Below, one piece after another: positions 18,116-28,300 of a stretch of DNA of 64,000 nt. The notes below the pieces were generated by a model. It was not told the origin of the DNA and ran no database searches. It saw nothing but the letters and a program-made list of their open reading frames with translations. A program made the position numbers and the translations under genes. The stretch covers positions 29,124 to 93,123 of the forward strand of contig CAZGQD010000003.1 of the NCBI GenBank assembly GCA_964527395.1, in the 5' to 3' direction. Origin of the DNA: an uncultured Methanosarcinales archaeon (GTDB lineage: Archaea; Nanobdellota; Nanobdellia; Woesearchaeales; GW2011-AR9). Position 1 is the stretch's first letter. Every line of letters starts with the position of its first letter.

Positions 18116-19804
18116 ATGGCGGGAAGGGTACATGCATCTGAGTTGGCTAAAGGCCAAAAACAAATTTCTGTAGCTGAATTTTTTGAGAAAAATAGGCATT
18201 TGTTAGGGTTTGATAATCCTAGACGTGCTTTGATGACAACAATCAAGGAAGCAGTAGATAATTCACTTGATGCTTGTGAAGAGGCTAGAATATTGCCAGA
18301 AATTTCTGTTGAGATAATTCAACTGAGTGAATCTAGGTACAGAGTTATAGTTGAAGATAACGGACCAGGGATTGTGAAAAAGCAAGTTCCTAACATTTTT
18401 GCACGTTTGCTTTATGGGAGTAAGTTTGGTAAAAGAGTTCAAGCACGTGGACAGCAAGGGATTGGGATCTCAGCTAGTGTTTTATATGGACAGTTAACAA
18501 CAGGGAAGCCTGCCAAAATTGTGACTAAAATAGATAAAGGAAGTAAAGCTTACACTTGTAGAGTTAAAATTGATACTATCAAAAATGCATCAGTAGTTTC
18601 TGATGAGGGTGAAGTTGATTGGGAAGAAGTAGATCATGGAACCAAAATTGAAATAGATCTTGAGGGTTATTATCAAAAGGGAAGAAAAAGTGTTGATGAG
18701 TATTTAAAGGAAACAGCAATTGTTAACCCGCATGTAACTTTGATTTATACAGACCCTAACGCAGAACAGTTAATTTTTCCACGAGTAGCAGAGGTGCTTC
18801 CTCCTAAAGCTAAGGAAATTAAGCCGCACCCGCATGGAGTTGAACTTGGAATTTTGATGAAGATGATGAAAATTAGTTCTGAGAAAACACTTTCTGGGTT
18901 TTTGCAAAATGAATTTGAAAGGGTAGGAAACAAAACCCTTAAAGAGATTTGTTCTAATAGTGCACTTCTTCCTAAGATGAAGATTAAAGATGTTTCACGT
19001 GAACATTGTGAGAAATTGCTTAAAGGAATTGCGCGAACCAAAATTATGGCGCCACCTACAGATTGTATCTCACCGATCACAGCAGATCTACTTGAGAAAG
19101 GACTTCGTAAGGAAATTAATGCAGAGTTTTTTTGTTCAGCTAGTCGTCCAGCAGCAGTATATCGAGGAAATCCGTTCGTAATTGAAGTTGCGCTTGCTTA
19201 TGGTGGAGAACAGCCAGGAGATAAAGTTATTCGAGTAATGAGGTTTGCAAATAGAGTACCTTTGCTTTATCAACAAGGTGCGTGTACAATTAATAGTACT
19301 ATGCAAAAGATGTCGTGGAGAGCTTATGGTCTTCAGCAATCACGTGGTGGTTTACCAGTTGGACCTTGCACAGTAGTTGTACACATGGCGTCAACATGGG
19401 TTCCATTCACATCAGAAAGTAAAGAAGCTATTGCAGGTTATGAAGAAATTTCAAAAGAAATTCGGTTAGCTATTCAAGAAGTTGGACGTAAGTTAGCTTC
19501 ATTTGTACGTAAGAAAAAGAAAATTGGTGATGAGGCTAAGAAACGTGATTATATTGAGAAGTATATTCCACATGTGGCTGAGGCTTTGCAGGAACTGCTT
19601 GGTTTTAATGAAATGGACAAGAAGAAAACTGAAGATAAGTTAGGGGAGATACTTGAGCAAACACGAGGGGAGCTTGAAGATATTTCAGTTAAGAATGAAG
19701 ATTATGATCCAGAATTAGCTAAGATTGGGCGAGATTTGCCTGAGGTAAAAGAAGAGTTAGATGATTCTGATGGGGCTGCTGGGAAGGATAAGAAGAAAAA
19801 GTAA
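18116..19804 (+). CDS. top6B: DNA topoisomerase VI subunit B
   Basis: [22 protein letters not shown] and RFANRVPL. Confidence 0.97.
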   Translation: MAGRVHASELAKGQKQISVAEFFEKNRHLLGFDNPRRALMTTIKEAVDNSLDACEEARILPEISVEIIQLSESRYRVIVEDNGPGIVKKQVPNIFARLLYGSKFGKRVQARGQQGIGISASVLYGQLTTGKPAKIVTKIDKGSKAYTCRVKIDTIKNASVVSDEGEVDWEEVDHGTKIEIDLEGYYQKGRKSVDEYLKETAIVNPHVTLIYTDPNAEQLIFPRVAEVLPPKAKEIKPHPHGVELGILMKMMKISSEKTLSGFLQNEFERVGNKTLKEICSNSALLPKMKIKDVSREHCEKLLKGIARTKIMAPPTDCISPITADLLEKGLRKEINAEFFCSASRPAAVYRGNPFVIEVALAYGGEQPGDKVIRVMRFANRVPLLYQQGACTINSTMQKMSWRAYGLQQSRGGLPVGPCTVVVHMASTWVPFTSESKEAIAGYEEISKEIRLAIQEVGRKLASFVRKKKKIGDEAKKRDYIEKYIPHVAEALQELLGFNEMDKKKTEDKLGEILEQTRGELEDISVKNEDYDPELAKIGRDLPEVKEELDDSDGAAGKDKKKK

Positions 19805-19872
19805 TGAAAATAATTTGATTAGATGAGAAGAAAAAGATTTAGCAATGTTTTGTTCTTGAATTATATAATTCA

Positions 19873-20052
19873 AGAAAAGAGCACTGTCAGACTTAGTGCA
19901 GGCATAAACCACTCAGTTTGGAATTTTGGTTTGTTTCAAACCAAAATCTGGTGGTTGGATTTAATGTGCTGGATGACATTGCCAGTAGGTGTCCGCGAGG
20001 AAACCTCTTGGGACTTGGTTCGCGTGCTCACCAAGGGACGGCGCTCTTTTCT
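19873..20052 (+). ncRNA. structured motif F, copy 1 (top6B-top6A spacer)
   Basis: ~16-bp closing stem AGAAAAGAGCACTGTC/GACGGCGCTCTTTTCT; core CAGACTTAGTGCAGG...ATTGCCAGT. Confidence 0.6.
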
Positions 20053-20091
20053 TTTGAGAATATAGATAAATTTGTAGGTATTGAGATTAAA

Positions 20092-21207
20092 ATGGCAGGA
20101 AAAGCAAGTGCAGGGAAAGGAGCAAAGGTTGATGTAGTAAAAAAGATTCAAGATGTTGCTAAAGGTATCTATGATGATGTTCTTTTGCTTAAAAAGCCAG
20201 ATTTAGTTATGCCAATTAGGTCGCTTAGTAATGTAGCTTATAACGAAAAGGATGGGTATTTTCAGATACTTAGTAAAGTTAAAACTCGTACGCTTTCTGC
20301 TACTACAATCAAGACTTTTGCACAGACTCTTAGAATGATGGGTCTTTCTAAAGATTTGATTAAAGGAAAAGATCTTGCAACTAAAAGAGAGGCTTATTAT
20401 GTTTCCAAAAACTGGGGAGATGCTAGGTTCAAAGAACAGCCGGAGTCAGATACAGTAATGGATGATATCGAAGCTATGATGCGAGTTAATCGTGAACAAA
20501 TTGGCTTTGTACCTGAGGAGAAAGGTGGAGCTGTTGCTGGTGCACTTACAGTTATTGATAAAGATTCAGAGACAGGAGAGAAGCTTGAGATTGATTGTAC
20601 CAAATTTGGTTCAGGTGCTTATTCGGTTCCTTCATCAGTAGAGCATTTATCGTTTAAAACAAAAGCAAAGTTTGTACTTGCTATTGAAACATCAGGTATG
20701 TTTGAGAGGCTCAATAAGCATAAGTATTGGAGAAAAGCGAATTGTATTTTGATTTCAATGGGAGGAGTACCAACTCGTGCTTGTAGACGGTTTATTCGTA
20801 AATTGTCTGATGAAAAGGATCTTCCTGTATATGTATTTACGGACGGGGACCCCTACGGTTTTTTCTCAATATATCGAACACTTCGTGTTGGGTCAGGTAA
20901 TGCAGCTCACATAAATGAGTTCTTTTGTGTACCTAGAGCTAGGTTTTTAGGAGTAACTCCGCAAGACATTGTTGATTATAATCTTCCTACTCATCCTCTT
21001 AAAGATGTGGATTACAAAAAAATTAAGGATGTTTTGAAAAATGATCCATTCTGTAAACAACATAAAGAGTGGCAAAAAGCTCTTGCGCAAATGGTTAAGA
21101 TGAAGGTAAGAGTTGAGCAGCAGGCGTTTTCTGCAAAGGGATTGAACTACGTTTTAGAGACTTATTTGCCTGAAAAGATTGCTAACCCTAAGAAATGGCT
21201 GCCTTAG
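20092..21207 (+). CDS. top6A: DNA topoisomerase VI subunit A
   Basis: ATKREAYY (catalytic Tyr), AIETSGM and FTDGDPYG; start moved to ATG 20092. Confidence 0.97.
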   Translation: MAGKASAGKGAKVDVVKKIQDVAKGIYDDVLLLKKPDLVMPIRSLSNVAYNEKDGYFQILSKVKTRTLSATTIKTFAQTLRMMGLSKDLIKGKDLATKREAYYVSKNWGDARFKEQPESDTVMDDIEAMMRVNREQIGFVPEEKGGAVAGALTVIDKDSETGEKLEIDCTKFGSGAYSVPSSVEHLSFKTKAKFVLAIETSGMFERLNKHKYWRKANCILISMGGVPTRACRRFIRKLSDEKDLPVYVFTDGDPYGFFSIYRTLRVGSGNAAHINEFFCVPRARFLGVTPQDIVDYNLPTHPLKDVDYKKIKDVLKNDPFCKQHKEWQKALAQMVKMKVRVEQQAFSAKGLNYVLETYLPEKIANPKKWLP

Positions 21208-22210
21208 GTTGATTAAAATTGTTTACTAAAGATTTTAATCTTTCTTTCTTGTGAGGATATCTGAAGCCAATTTCTTTTTGATATAAGGCGATTTGAGATC
21301 TGCTTTTTATTTCTAATGTATAATAATCGTAGTTGTTGCTATGTTTTTTGTAGAGGTTGAAATTTATGTTTAGTTGTTTTAGAATTTCTTGGATTTCTAA
21401 TAGAATGCCTTTACTTGATTGAGACAAACCAATTACAGGATATTTTTGTTTGTCAATTTTGTTACACCAACCATCTCCATCGAAGAACCCAATAATAAAT
21501 TGTTTTTTTAGGTTCATAGGAGCTTTTTGGATAAGTTTAGGGATTTTTAGTCTTCCTTTTTTGTATCCTGCTGGCATTTCGAATACGTTGTTTAGAAGTC
21601 TGTGTAACATCATACTGGTAAAAAGAAGTCTATACCATCTTCCATTGTAAACTGTTTTTACATTTGTTTTTAAGTTGAATTCTTGTTTTAGTATGTGAAG
21701 AAGAGTTTCTAGAGTGTTTTTCTTTTCATCAGTGACGGTTATTTCCCAGCGAAACCTTTTTTCTTGTTTGTATGTTAAGTTTATGTTTCTTAAAGAACCG
21801 TCTGCGTATAGAATACCTAGGAAGTATGCTAAATCTTCTGTTAGTGTTTTTGGGATTTTGATTATTAATGGAGAGTTCATTGCTCTGAAAAATTTAGCTT
21901 GTTGGAAGCATTGGTTGTAGAGGTCTTTTTCTTCTTTTTTTGTTTTATGGCATTTTTGTTTCCAGAATTTGAGTAATATTTTGAGTTTTTTAATTGGAAT
22001 AGGATATTTTCCTTTTCTCCATGAGTAAAAAGTGGGAGTTGGTATGATTTTAATTAATTCTTTTTGGAATTGACCTTTAGGAATGTTTTGTTTAAGGTCA
22101 ATGTAGATGTCAGAGATGATATTTGAAATCCCATCTATGCATATTGGACTTTTGGTTACGTCGTCTATTTTTGGGTCAATTAGTTTGTTGAAGTAGTTGT
22201 TTATTTCCAT
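21188..22210 (-). CDS. free-standing double-motif LAGLIDADG homing endonuclease
   Basis: LAYFLGILYADG and FIIGFFDGDG; no intein splice motifs; likely start ATG 22210. Confidence 0.85.
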   Translation of the reverse strand: MEINNYFNKLIDPKIDDVTKSPICIDGISNIISDIYIDLKQNIPKGQFQKELIKIIPTPTFYSWRKGKYPIPIKKLKILLKFWKQKCHKTKKEEKDLYNQCFQQAKFFRAMNSPLIIKIPKTLTEDLAYFLGILYADGSLRNINLTYKQEKRFRWEITVTDEKKNTLETLLHILKQEFNLKTNVKTVYNGRWYRLLFTSMMLHRLLNNVFEMPAGYKKGRLKIPKLIQKAPMNLKKQFIIGFFDGDGWCNKIDKQKYPVIGLSQSSKGILLEIQEILKQLNINFNLYKKHSNNYDYYTLEIKSRSQIALYQKEIGFRYPHKKERLKSLVNNFNQPKAAIS

Positions 22211-22609
22211 GGTCTGAAGTCTTTGGAAAGCTTGCTTATAAGCGTTGTCCGCGCCTGTCCAGTGGGTTGTGGGTCGTCTTTTTAAGCATAGATTTTTGGA
22301 TTTTGAGCACAAAATTAGGGTGTCCAGTGAGGTCCTAATTTAACTTAAAAATGGCTGCCTTAGTTCCAACTCAAATCATCAACTAATCTTAGTCCTTTAG
22401 TTCTAAGCATTGCTTCTAGTTGTTCTTTGTTTCTAGGATCGCTAAGATTGAATTGGGTTTGGCCTGTTATTTTTTCTAGAAGGGTTTTTGTTGGTCTTGA
22501 GTAGGTTTTTGCTTCTGAATTTAGAGTGATTACTTCTGTTTTTGAAGTAGTTAGTATGTTCTTGACTTTAGAAATAGTTAAATAGGTAGTTTGTATACTT
22601 AGTATTAAT

Positions 22610-23953
22610 ATGAGATTTAAATTAGCTGAGACTTTTTGGAATATGGTTAATAGGGGAAGAGGTTCTGGTTCTAGTAATTCCAGTGTTGCTGCTGCTCCAC
22701 CTCAAAGGAGTTTGGATGAATTAGTTGCTATGCTACCAGAAGGTGCTCGAGATGCTGCTCTGATTGGTTTGTCTGCTTCAGGAGTTGATGTTGGAGATGA
22801 TGCTTATAAAGCAATGGTTGAATATCGAAGTGGTGTTGGATTTGGACCAAATGATTTAGCTGGAATAGCGGTATCTCATGGAAGAGTAGATGAAGCTATT
22901 TCTGTTTTGGTTGGAGCAAATTTTGTTAGGAATGCTGCTGAGCTTGCTAAAGAACAAGTAGGTATTGATAGAGCAATTCAAGTTTATACTGATTCTATAA
23001 GAGATGCTGGAGAAGCAAGTAAACCTCGTTGGCATGAATGGGCTGGGGATTTGTACCATGAGAAAGATGATTGGTTTAATGGAAATAATTGTTATAGGGC
23101 TGCTGCTTTTGGATTTTTGAGGAAAGGAGATGTAGGTAATGCCTTAGAAGTAGCCAAAGATAAGTTGAGTGATGTAAATACTCAAATTTTGATAAATATT
23201 CAGGGGGCAGCTAGAGCTAATGATGCAGGATATAAAGGAATGCTTTTGTTTGATGCAGGGAAGTTAGCTGAAGGAGAAGGTTTGTCGTCTGCAAGAGATT
23301 TGTATCAGCAGTCTTTTGATGCAATGTTAGAATCAGATGATGATGATTTTGGTTTGGATCAAAATAGATTACTTATGATTGCAGATGAAAAATTAGGTGA
23401 TGCAGATTCAAGGATTGCAGCTAGAGATAAAGTTCTTTCTGCTAGATATTTAGGAGTAAGTGACCCTAAAAGTTTGAGGTTTGAGCAAGGTGAGTTGGCT
23501 GAAGGACTTGGGCAGTATGAAAAGGCAGCTGGTTTTTATGTTCAAGCTGGACATCATAGAAAAGGAATATCTTTGTTGTTTGATAATGGGCATTTTGATG
23601 AAGGTTTTGCTTTGTTAGAGGCAAACAAAAGAAGGTTAGGAGATAAATATGTTGCTCATTTGGCTTTTGAGCATGGCCGGCCAGAACTTGCACTTGAAGT
23701 TGTACAAAGAAGTTTAGCAGTTGATCATGAATGTGGGACTTTTAGAGATCCAGATTATTTTAAGATTGCTGCTAGAGCTGCTGGTGAGATGGGGAATGAG
23801 GATTTGAAAAGTCAGTATTTAACAGATGGAATAGATAGGTTTGTTAGACTTAGTGATTTTGATGTATGTAGAGAGTTTGCAACTTTGCAAGGAGATATGG
23901 ATGCTGCTGCTGCTTATAAAGGGATGATGGACCTAGGGTCTAATGGAGCTTAG
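22610..23953 (+). CDS. alpha-helical (TPR-like) repeat protein
   Basis: Ala-rich helical repeats such as AGDLY...AA and GQYEKAAGFY. Confidence 0.55.
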   Translation: MRFKLAETFWNMVNRGRGSGSSNSSVAAAPPQRSLDELVAMLPEGARDAALIGLSASGVDVGDDAYKAMVEYRSGVGFGPNDLAGIAVSHGRVDEAISVLVGANFVRNAAELAKEQVGIDRAIQVYTDSIRDAGEASKPRWHEWAGDLYHEKDDWFNGNNCYRAAAFGFLRKGDVGNALEVAKDKLSDVNTQILINIQGAARANDAGYKGMLLFDAGKLAEGEGLSSARDLYQQSFDAMLESDDDDFGLDQNRLLMIADEKLGDADSRIAARDKVLSARYLGVSDPKSLRFEQGELAEGLGQYEKAAGFYVQAGHHRKGISLLFDNGHFDEGFALLEANKRRLGDKYVAHLAFEHGRPELALEVVQRSLAVDHECGTFRDPDYFKIAARAAGEMGNEDLKSQYLTDGIDRFVRLSDFDVCREFATLQGDMDAAAAYKGMMDLGSNGA

Positions 23954-23959
23954 TTGTAC

Positions 23960-24604
23960 TCATTTAATTTTCTTTGGAGAGATTGAAAGCATGGTTTTTG
24001 CTAGATTTTGTAGGGAAGTGATTGCAAAGAGCTTTTTTTTGGTTTTTCTTGAATAATATTCTGATTCAGTTTTATTTATAGGGCTTTCATTTAAGATTTT
24101 TTGAATGATCTCTTTTTCTTTGTTAGTAAAAATTATTGATAAATTCATTTGAGTGCTTCTTTCTGAGTGTATCTTTTCTTTATCTATTATTAGGTCTGGG
24201 CCGTTTGCTTTGTTGTGTTGTAAAATGAACTCGTTTAGGAAATCATTGTAATTTAATTTAATTTTATTATTACTATTTTTAATAGGGTTGTTTTCTAGGT
24301 TGCTATTTAGTTTTGAAGCTTTTTTGTATAGTTTTGAGTCATTGAAGATTTTTATGGTGATTTTAATTATTTCATGGAATAAGGCTTTTTGCTTTGTTTT
24401 TATTTTGATAAAACTAATATCAGGTGAATGAAGATAGATTAAGAAAGGAAGAGCTTTTAGGTAACGTTCGTTTTTTGTTTTTAAGATAGATAAGATCAAA
24501 TTTTCTATTTTGTTATCGCCAAGCATTTGGTATCCAGCAGAGATTAGCTCGGTGTCTATGTCTTGGATAGGTTTTATGTTTATTTTTCTAGTTTTTATTC
24601 CCAT
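23960..24604 (-). CDS. hypothetical protein, partner of the nucleotidyltransferase
   Basis: Overlaps the stop of the upstream gene; C-terminal HTH-like segment. Confidence 0.5.
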   Translation of the reverse strand: MGIKTRKINIKPIQDIDTELISAGYQMLGDNKIENLILSILKTKNERYLKALPFLIYLHSPDISFIKIKTKQKALFHEIIKITIKIFNDSKLYKKASKLNSNLENNPIKNSNNKIKLNYNDFLNEFILQHNKANGPDLIIDKEKIHSERSTQMNLSIIFTNKEKEIIQKILNESPINKTESEYYSRKTKKKLFAITSLQNLAKTMLSISPKKIK

Positions 24605-25224
24605 TTTTTAATCTCTTTAATGTGGTTTTGATCTATTTTGTAATTCCAATCTTTGAATTTGATATCAAGTAGATCCAAAAGTTTTTGTTTTGAATTTGCA
24701 ACTATGGAATTTTGCATGGTTTTATGGTATCTTTCAATAAGATAGCTTAGGTCTATTTTCTTAGATTCTAGAATGCTTTTAATATCATCAAAATCTCTTT
24801 TGTCCCCTCTAGCTAATTTACTAATGATTATATCGTATAAAGATAAGGAGTAAAGTTCTATATTATCAAATTCTTTGATTAATTTTGATTTTTTGAGGCA
24901 ATCATCTAAAAGTTGTGTTCCCATTATGTTTGAGCTGTGAAATAAATCGAAAGCTAGACCTTCTTGTGTTAACCACCGTATAGAGCCTATTTTTTTGAAG
25001 TTGATTTGTTCAAAGATTTTGCAGATGTATTTGTAATCTTTTTCTGAATGAATATTGATGTCAATATCAAGAGTAGAAGGTTTTATGTTAAGAATGGTAA
25101 GGGCAGTCCCACCAAGAGCATACATTTTAATTTTTTTTCCAAAGAATTTACTAATAGATTCCAACAAATCAAATAAATCTTTGGCGTTTGTGGTATTTTT
25201 GTTGTATGGAGGGTTTTTAGGCAT
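24595..25224 (-). CDS. nucleotidyltransferase (DUF6036/AbiEii-like)
   Basis: GGTAL...TLDID and SKLAR...RDFDD. Confidence 0.75.
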   Translation of the reverse strand: MPKNPPYNKNTTNAKDLFDLLESISKFFGKKIKMYALGGTALTILNIKPSTLDIDINIHSEKDYKYICKIFEQINFKKIGSIRWLTQEGLAFDLFHSSNIMGTQLLDDCLKKSKLIKEFDNIELYSLSLYDIIISKLARGDKRDFDDIKSILESKKIDLSYLIERYHKTMQNSIVANSKQKLLDLLDIKFKDWNYKIDQNHIKEIKKWE

Positions 25225-25416
25225 AAGGTTTGGAAAGTGACTGTTTTTATAAACTTTTTGGTAATTTATACAATTTTTGTATTTATAAGTACAATTATTG
25301 TATCTTTTATGTTTGTTGATAAGGAGTTATTTTTGGATTAGAAATTAAATTAGAAGTGAAATTAGGGTGTTTTTTAGCAAAAGGCTTATAAGTTGAATTC
25401 TTTGATTGATGTTTTT

Positions 25417-26073
25417 ATGGTAAAGAGGATATTAACTAATAGATTGGTAATGGTTATAATGGGACTTTTGGTACTTGGAATGCTTGTTTCTTGTTCTGGG
25501 AGTTCTGATGATGGAGAAAATAATGGAGATGATAATATGAGTAGTGAAGAAAATAGTGGAAGTAACCCTGTTGCAGTGTTTGATACTAGCATGGGAAGTT
25601 TTGAAATAGAATTGTATACAGATGTAATGCCGATTACAGCAGGGAACTTTGAAAAGTTAGTCTCTGAAGGATTTTATGATGGGACTCGATTTCATCGTGT
25701 GATTAAAGATTTTATGGTTCAAGGTGGAGACCCGCAGTCTAAAGATGAAAGTTTACGTTCAAGGTGGGGAACTGGTGGACCAGGATATTCAATTGAAGAT
25801 GAGCATATTGCTGGAGATAAGTTATCTAATGCACGTGGAACAATTTCAATGGCGAATAGTGGGCCTTCATCTGGTGGATCACAGTTTTTCATTAATGTTG
25901 TAGATAACACATTTTTGGATTGGAACAAAGAGCCTAGTGCTTCTAAGCATCCTGTATTTGGAGCAGTTGTTTCTGGAATGGATGTAGTTGATGTGATTGT
26001 ATCAGTTGATACTGTTCCTGGAGATCAACCTGCAGAAGATGTTGTTGTGAACTCTGTGAAGATTAAGGGGTAA
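25417..26073 (+). CDS. cyclophilin-type peptidyl-prolyl isomerase, lipoprotein
   Basis: FHRVIKDFMVQGGD, SMANSGP and GSQFFI; lipobox LVSC. Confidence 0.93.
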   Translation: MVKRILTNRLVMVIMGLLVLGMLVSCSGSSDDGENNGDDNMSSEENSGSNPVAVFDTSMGSFEIELYTDVMPITAGNFEKLVSEGFYDGTRFHRVIKDFMVQGGDPQSKDESLRSRWGTGGPGYSIEDEHIAGDKLSNARGTISMANSGPSSGGSQFFINVVDNTFLDWNKEPSASKHPVFGAVVSGMDVVDVIVSVDTVPGDQPAEDVVVNSVKIKG

Positions 26074-26138
26074 GTTTAATTGAATATTTTGTTTTTTGTT
26101 ATTTTTTTTATTGTTTATTTTATTATTTGTTTTGATTA

Positions 26139-26326
26139 GTCATCTATTTGTTCATCAGACTTTTCGAAATTTTAAGACAATTTCCAAACCCTCAACGTTT
26201 TGCTTATGAGGTTAGTGCAGGTACATTCCACTGAGCTTTTGATTTTTCCACTTTGTGAAAAAATGCTCGTGGAAATAGCCTCTCTTTGAATGGGATTGCC
26301 AGTGGAGGGATGAACAAACTGATGAC
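26139..26326 (+). ncRNA. structured motif F, copy 2
   Basis: Closing stem GTCATC..TTTGTTCATC/GATGAACAAA..GATGAC; core CAGACTT...AGTGCAGG...ATTGCCAGTGGAGG. Confidence 0.6.
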
Positions 26327-26390
26327 GGTGGAAATGCTGTTGTAGTTAGTTATGGTGGATGTGGTGGTTTATGATAGATAGGTGTTTTAT

Positions 26391-26837
26391 ATGGTAGTTA
26401 AGGAAGTTGATTATTCGAAGGTAAAGGCTAACCTTTTGGAGCTTGCTAAAGGTTCTATTTTTGAAGAGACTATTGCACATATTAAGTGGAATCGTGCTAA
26501 TGGAGCTTATGGTAAAGTTGATACTTTAGAACATAGATTTAATGGACTTAGTTTGGAAATTTCCGAAGTTAAGAAAGAAGTTGAATCAGGAGATATTAAG
26601 TTGCTAGCAGAAGAGCTTGGAGATGTAATGTGGGATCTTTTGTTTTTGTTAGAAATGTGTGAAGAGAAAGGGGTTTCAATTGAGTCTGTGCTTCGTGGTC
26701 GGATTGAGAAACAGGTACGTAGGGGGCCGCAGATATATGAACCTCAGGAAGAAGTTACGTGTGCTGAGGAACTTGAGATATGGAACAAGGCTAAAAAGAA
26801 GGAGAAGAGTGGGGAGCTTAAGGGGCTTGGGTTTTGA
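26391..26837 (+). CDS. MazG-like pyrophosphatase
   Basis: EISEV...EELGDV and K..RRGP. Confidence 0.75.
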   Translation: MVVKEVDYSKVKANLLELAKGSIFEETIAHIKWNRANGAYGKVDTLEHRFNGLSLEISEVKKEVESGDIKLLAEELGDVMWDLLFLLEMCEEKGVSIESVLRGRIEKQVRRGPQIYEPQEEVTCAEELEIWNKAKKKEKSGELKGLGF

Positions 26838-27004
26838 TATTTTACTTTCTATAATAGAAAAAGTGTGATGTAGAGGGTAAGAATTGAGCATAAATTTTAA
26901 CAATCTATAGTCACCCAAAAAAGTTATTAGGTCTCTAATTAGCTTTTTTGGCTTCCAGACAGCGTTCCAAATGGCGTTTTTCTCCGAAAAACTTTTTTGG
27001 AGCG

Positions 27005-27655
27005 CTATATTTCTTTTTTGATTATCTCTTGGAGTTCTATGAAGTTTTTGATCATTTTATCTGTTATTGTTAGGTCTTGGCTTTGGTTGAAGCCGTTCTT
27101 GATCCCTATGGTTTTGATATTTGCATTTTTAGCTGACGTTGCACCGTTTTTGGTGTCTTCAACTACTATTGCTTCGTTTGGGTCTATCTTTAACTTTTTT
27201 AGAGCTAATTTGTAAACAGTAGGATCTGGTTTGCTAGGGAGATTACTGGTTTGGCCGCTGATGATTACGTTGAAATATTGTTTTAGGTTGAACCTTTTTA
27301 AGACAATGTTGATCCATTCTATGGGAGAAGAAGAGACTAGGGCTATTTTTAGCTTCAATTGTTTGATTAGTTTTAAAGTTTCTAATACGTCTGGGAGGAG
27401 ATTGGTTTCTTCACCATAGATGATTTTTGCAGTGTTGTTGATAGTTTCCTTGTATTCAGGCCAAGTCATTTTGCAATTGTGTTTTTGTTTTAGATGTGTG
27501 TGGATGGCTTTCATAGTCATGCCTACGATCTGTTTTTGGTCTTGTTTATTCCATTTAGGGATATATTCTTTGAAGAAATTTCCTTCACGTTTTTCCCAGT
27601 AGAATTCTGAGTCTATAAGAACGCCGTCCATATCGAAGATTACTGCTTTGATCAT
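27005..27655 (-). CDS. HAD-family phosphatase
   Basis: FDMDGVL, SSS, KPDP and VEDT. Confidence 0.9.
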   Translation of the reverse strand: MIKAVIFDMDGVLIDSEFYWEKREGNFFKEYIPKWNKQDQKQIVGMTMKAIHTHLKQKHNCKMTWPEYKETINNTAKIIYGEETNLLPDVLETLKLIKQLKLKIALVSSSPIEWINIVLKRFNLKQYFNVIISGQTSNLPSKPDPTVYKLALKKLKIDPNEAIVVEDTKNGATSAKNANIKTIGIKNGFNQSQDLTITDKMIKNFIELQEIIKKEI

Positions 27656-27757
27656 GTGAACACTGCACCGTTTAGCCATTGATAGAGTAGAACAAGAATT
27701 AAAATAGTTAAAAGAACTATCATTAATTGTGAATTAGCTTTTTTTCCTTTGATTATC

Positions 27758-28117
27758 TTACGAGCTGAGTAATTTCGAGGGAACCAAGTTCGAGCAGAGC
27801 TCTCGTTGCTTTGTTCTTTCATCACAAAACTCTCTTGAGTTTGCTCGTTTCTCGCAAACCTCTTGGATCTTAATTCGTTCCTCATTAAGTTTCTTAATTT
27901 CATTGATTTCTACCCTTATTTTTTGTAATTCTCTTGTTGTATTTATTTGAGCTTTGAGGATTTTTATGTTGTCTTCCAATTCTGATGTAATTAAGTAAAT
28001 ATCAAGTAAAATGATTAGTACTCCAGTAATTAATGGGAGTGAATTTTGTTCTATGCTACCATATAAACTTAGTGAAAAACCGATTACTCCAATTATTATA
28101 TCTCTTGAGGAAATCAT
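27758..28117 (-). CDS. small membrane protein; C-terminus probably extended by a repeat insertion
   Basis: Two TM segments plus coiled coil; tail overlaps the TCGAGCAGAGCTCTC module. Confidence 0.5.
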   Translation of the reverse strand: MISSRDIIIGVIGFSLSLYGSIEQNSLPLITGVLIILLDIYLITSELEDNIKILKAQINTTRELQKIRVEINEIKKLNEERIKIQEVCEKRANSREFCDERTKQRELCSNLVPSKLLSS

Positions 28118-28300
28118 ACCTGTTTTTTGATCTTTTAGTTTAATTGGATTGTTAGTTAGATTTGTATGGTTTCTGAAGTATATATTATTTGCTATAGGTT
28201 GTTTTTAAGGAGAATTTGTGAGAATAGTTTATAAAAAAACAAGGGATTTTGGATTTTGAGTTTGATTGGTTGGTTCTTTAAAGTTGATTAGGTAGAATAT

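Noticed and set aside
19873..20052. Motif F as SRP RNA, tRNA-Sec, hammerhead, twister or HDV ribozyme
   Set aside because: No SRP helix-8 motif, cloverleaf or CUGANGA/GAAA core. Resemblance to twister (AGUGGAGGG) and HDV (P3/L3) is partial and the required pseudoknots were not found.
19918..20091. N-terminal extension of Top6A, and ORF 19823-20065
   Set aside because: Both overlap structured motif F; ATG 20092 gives a normal-length Top6A.
21188..22363. Group I or BHB intron in top6A
   Set aside because: top6A is complete before the insert, the endonuclease is antisense, and no group I core was recognised.
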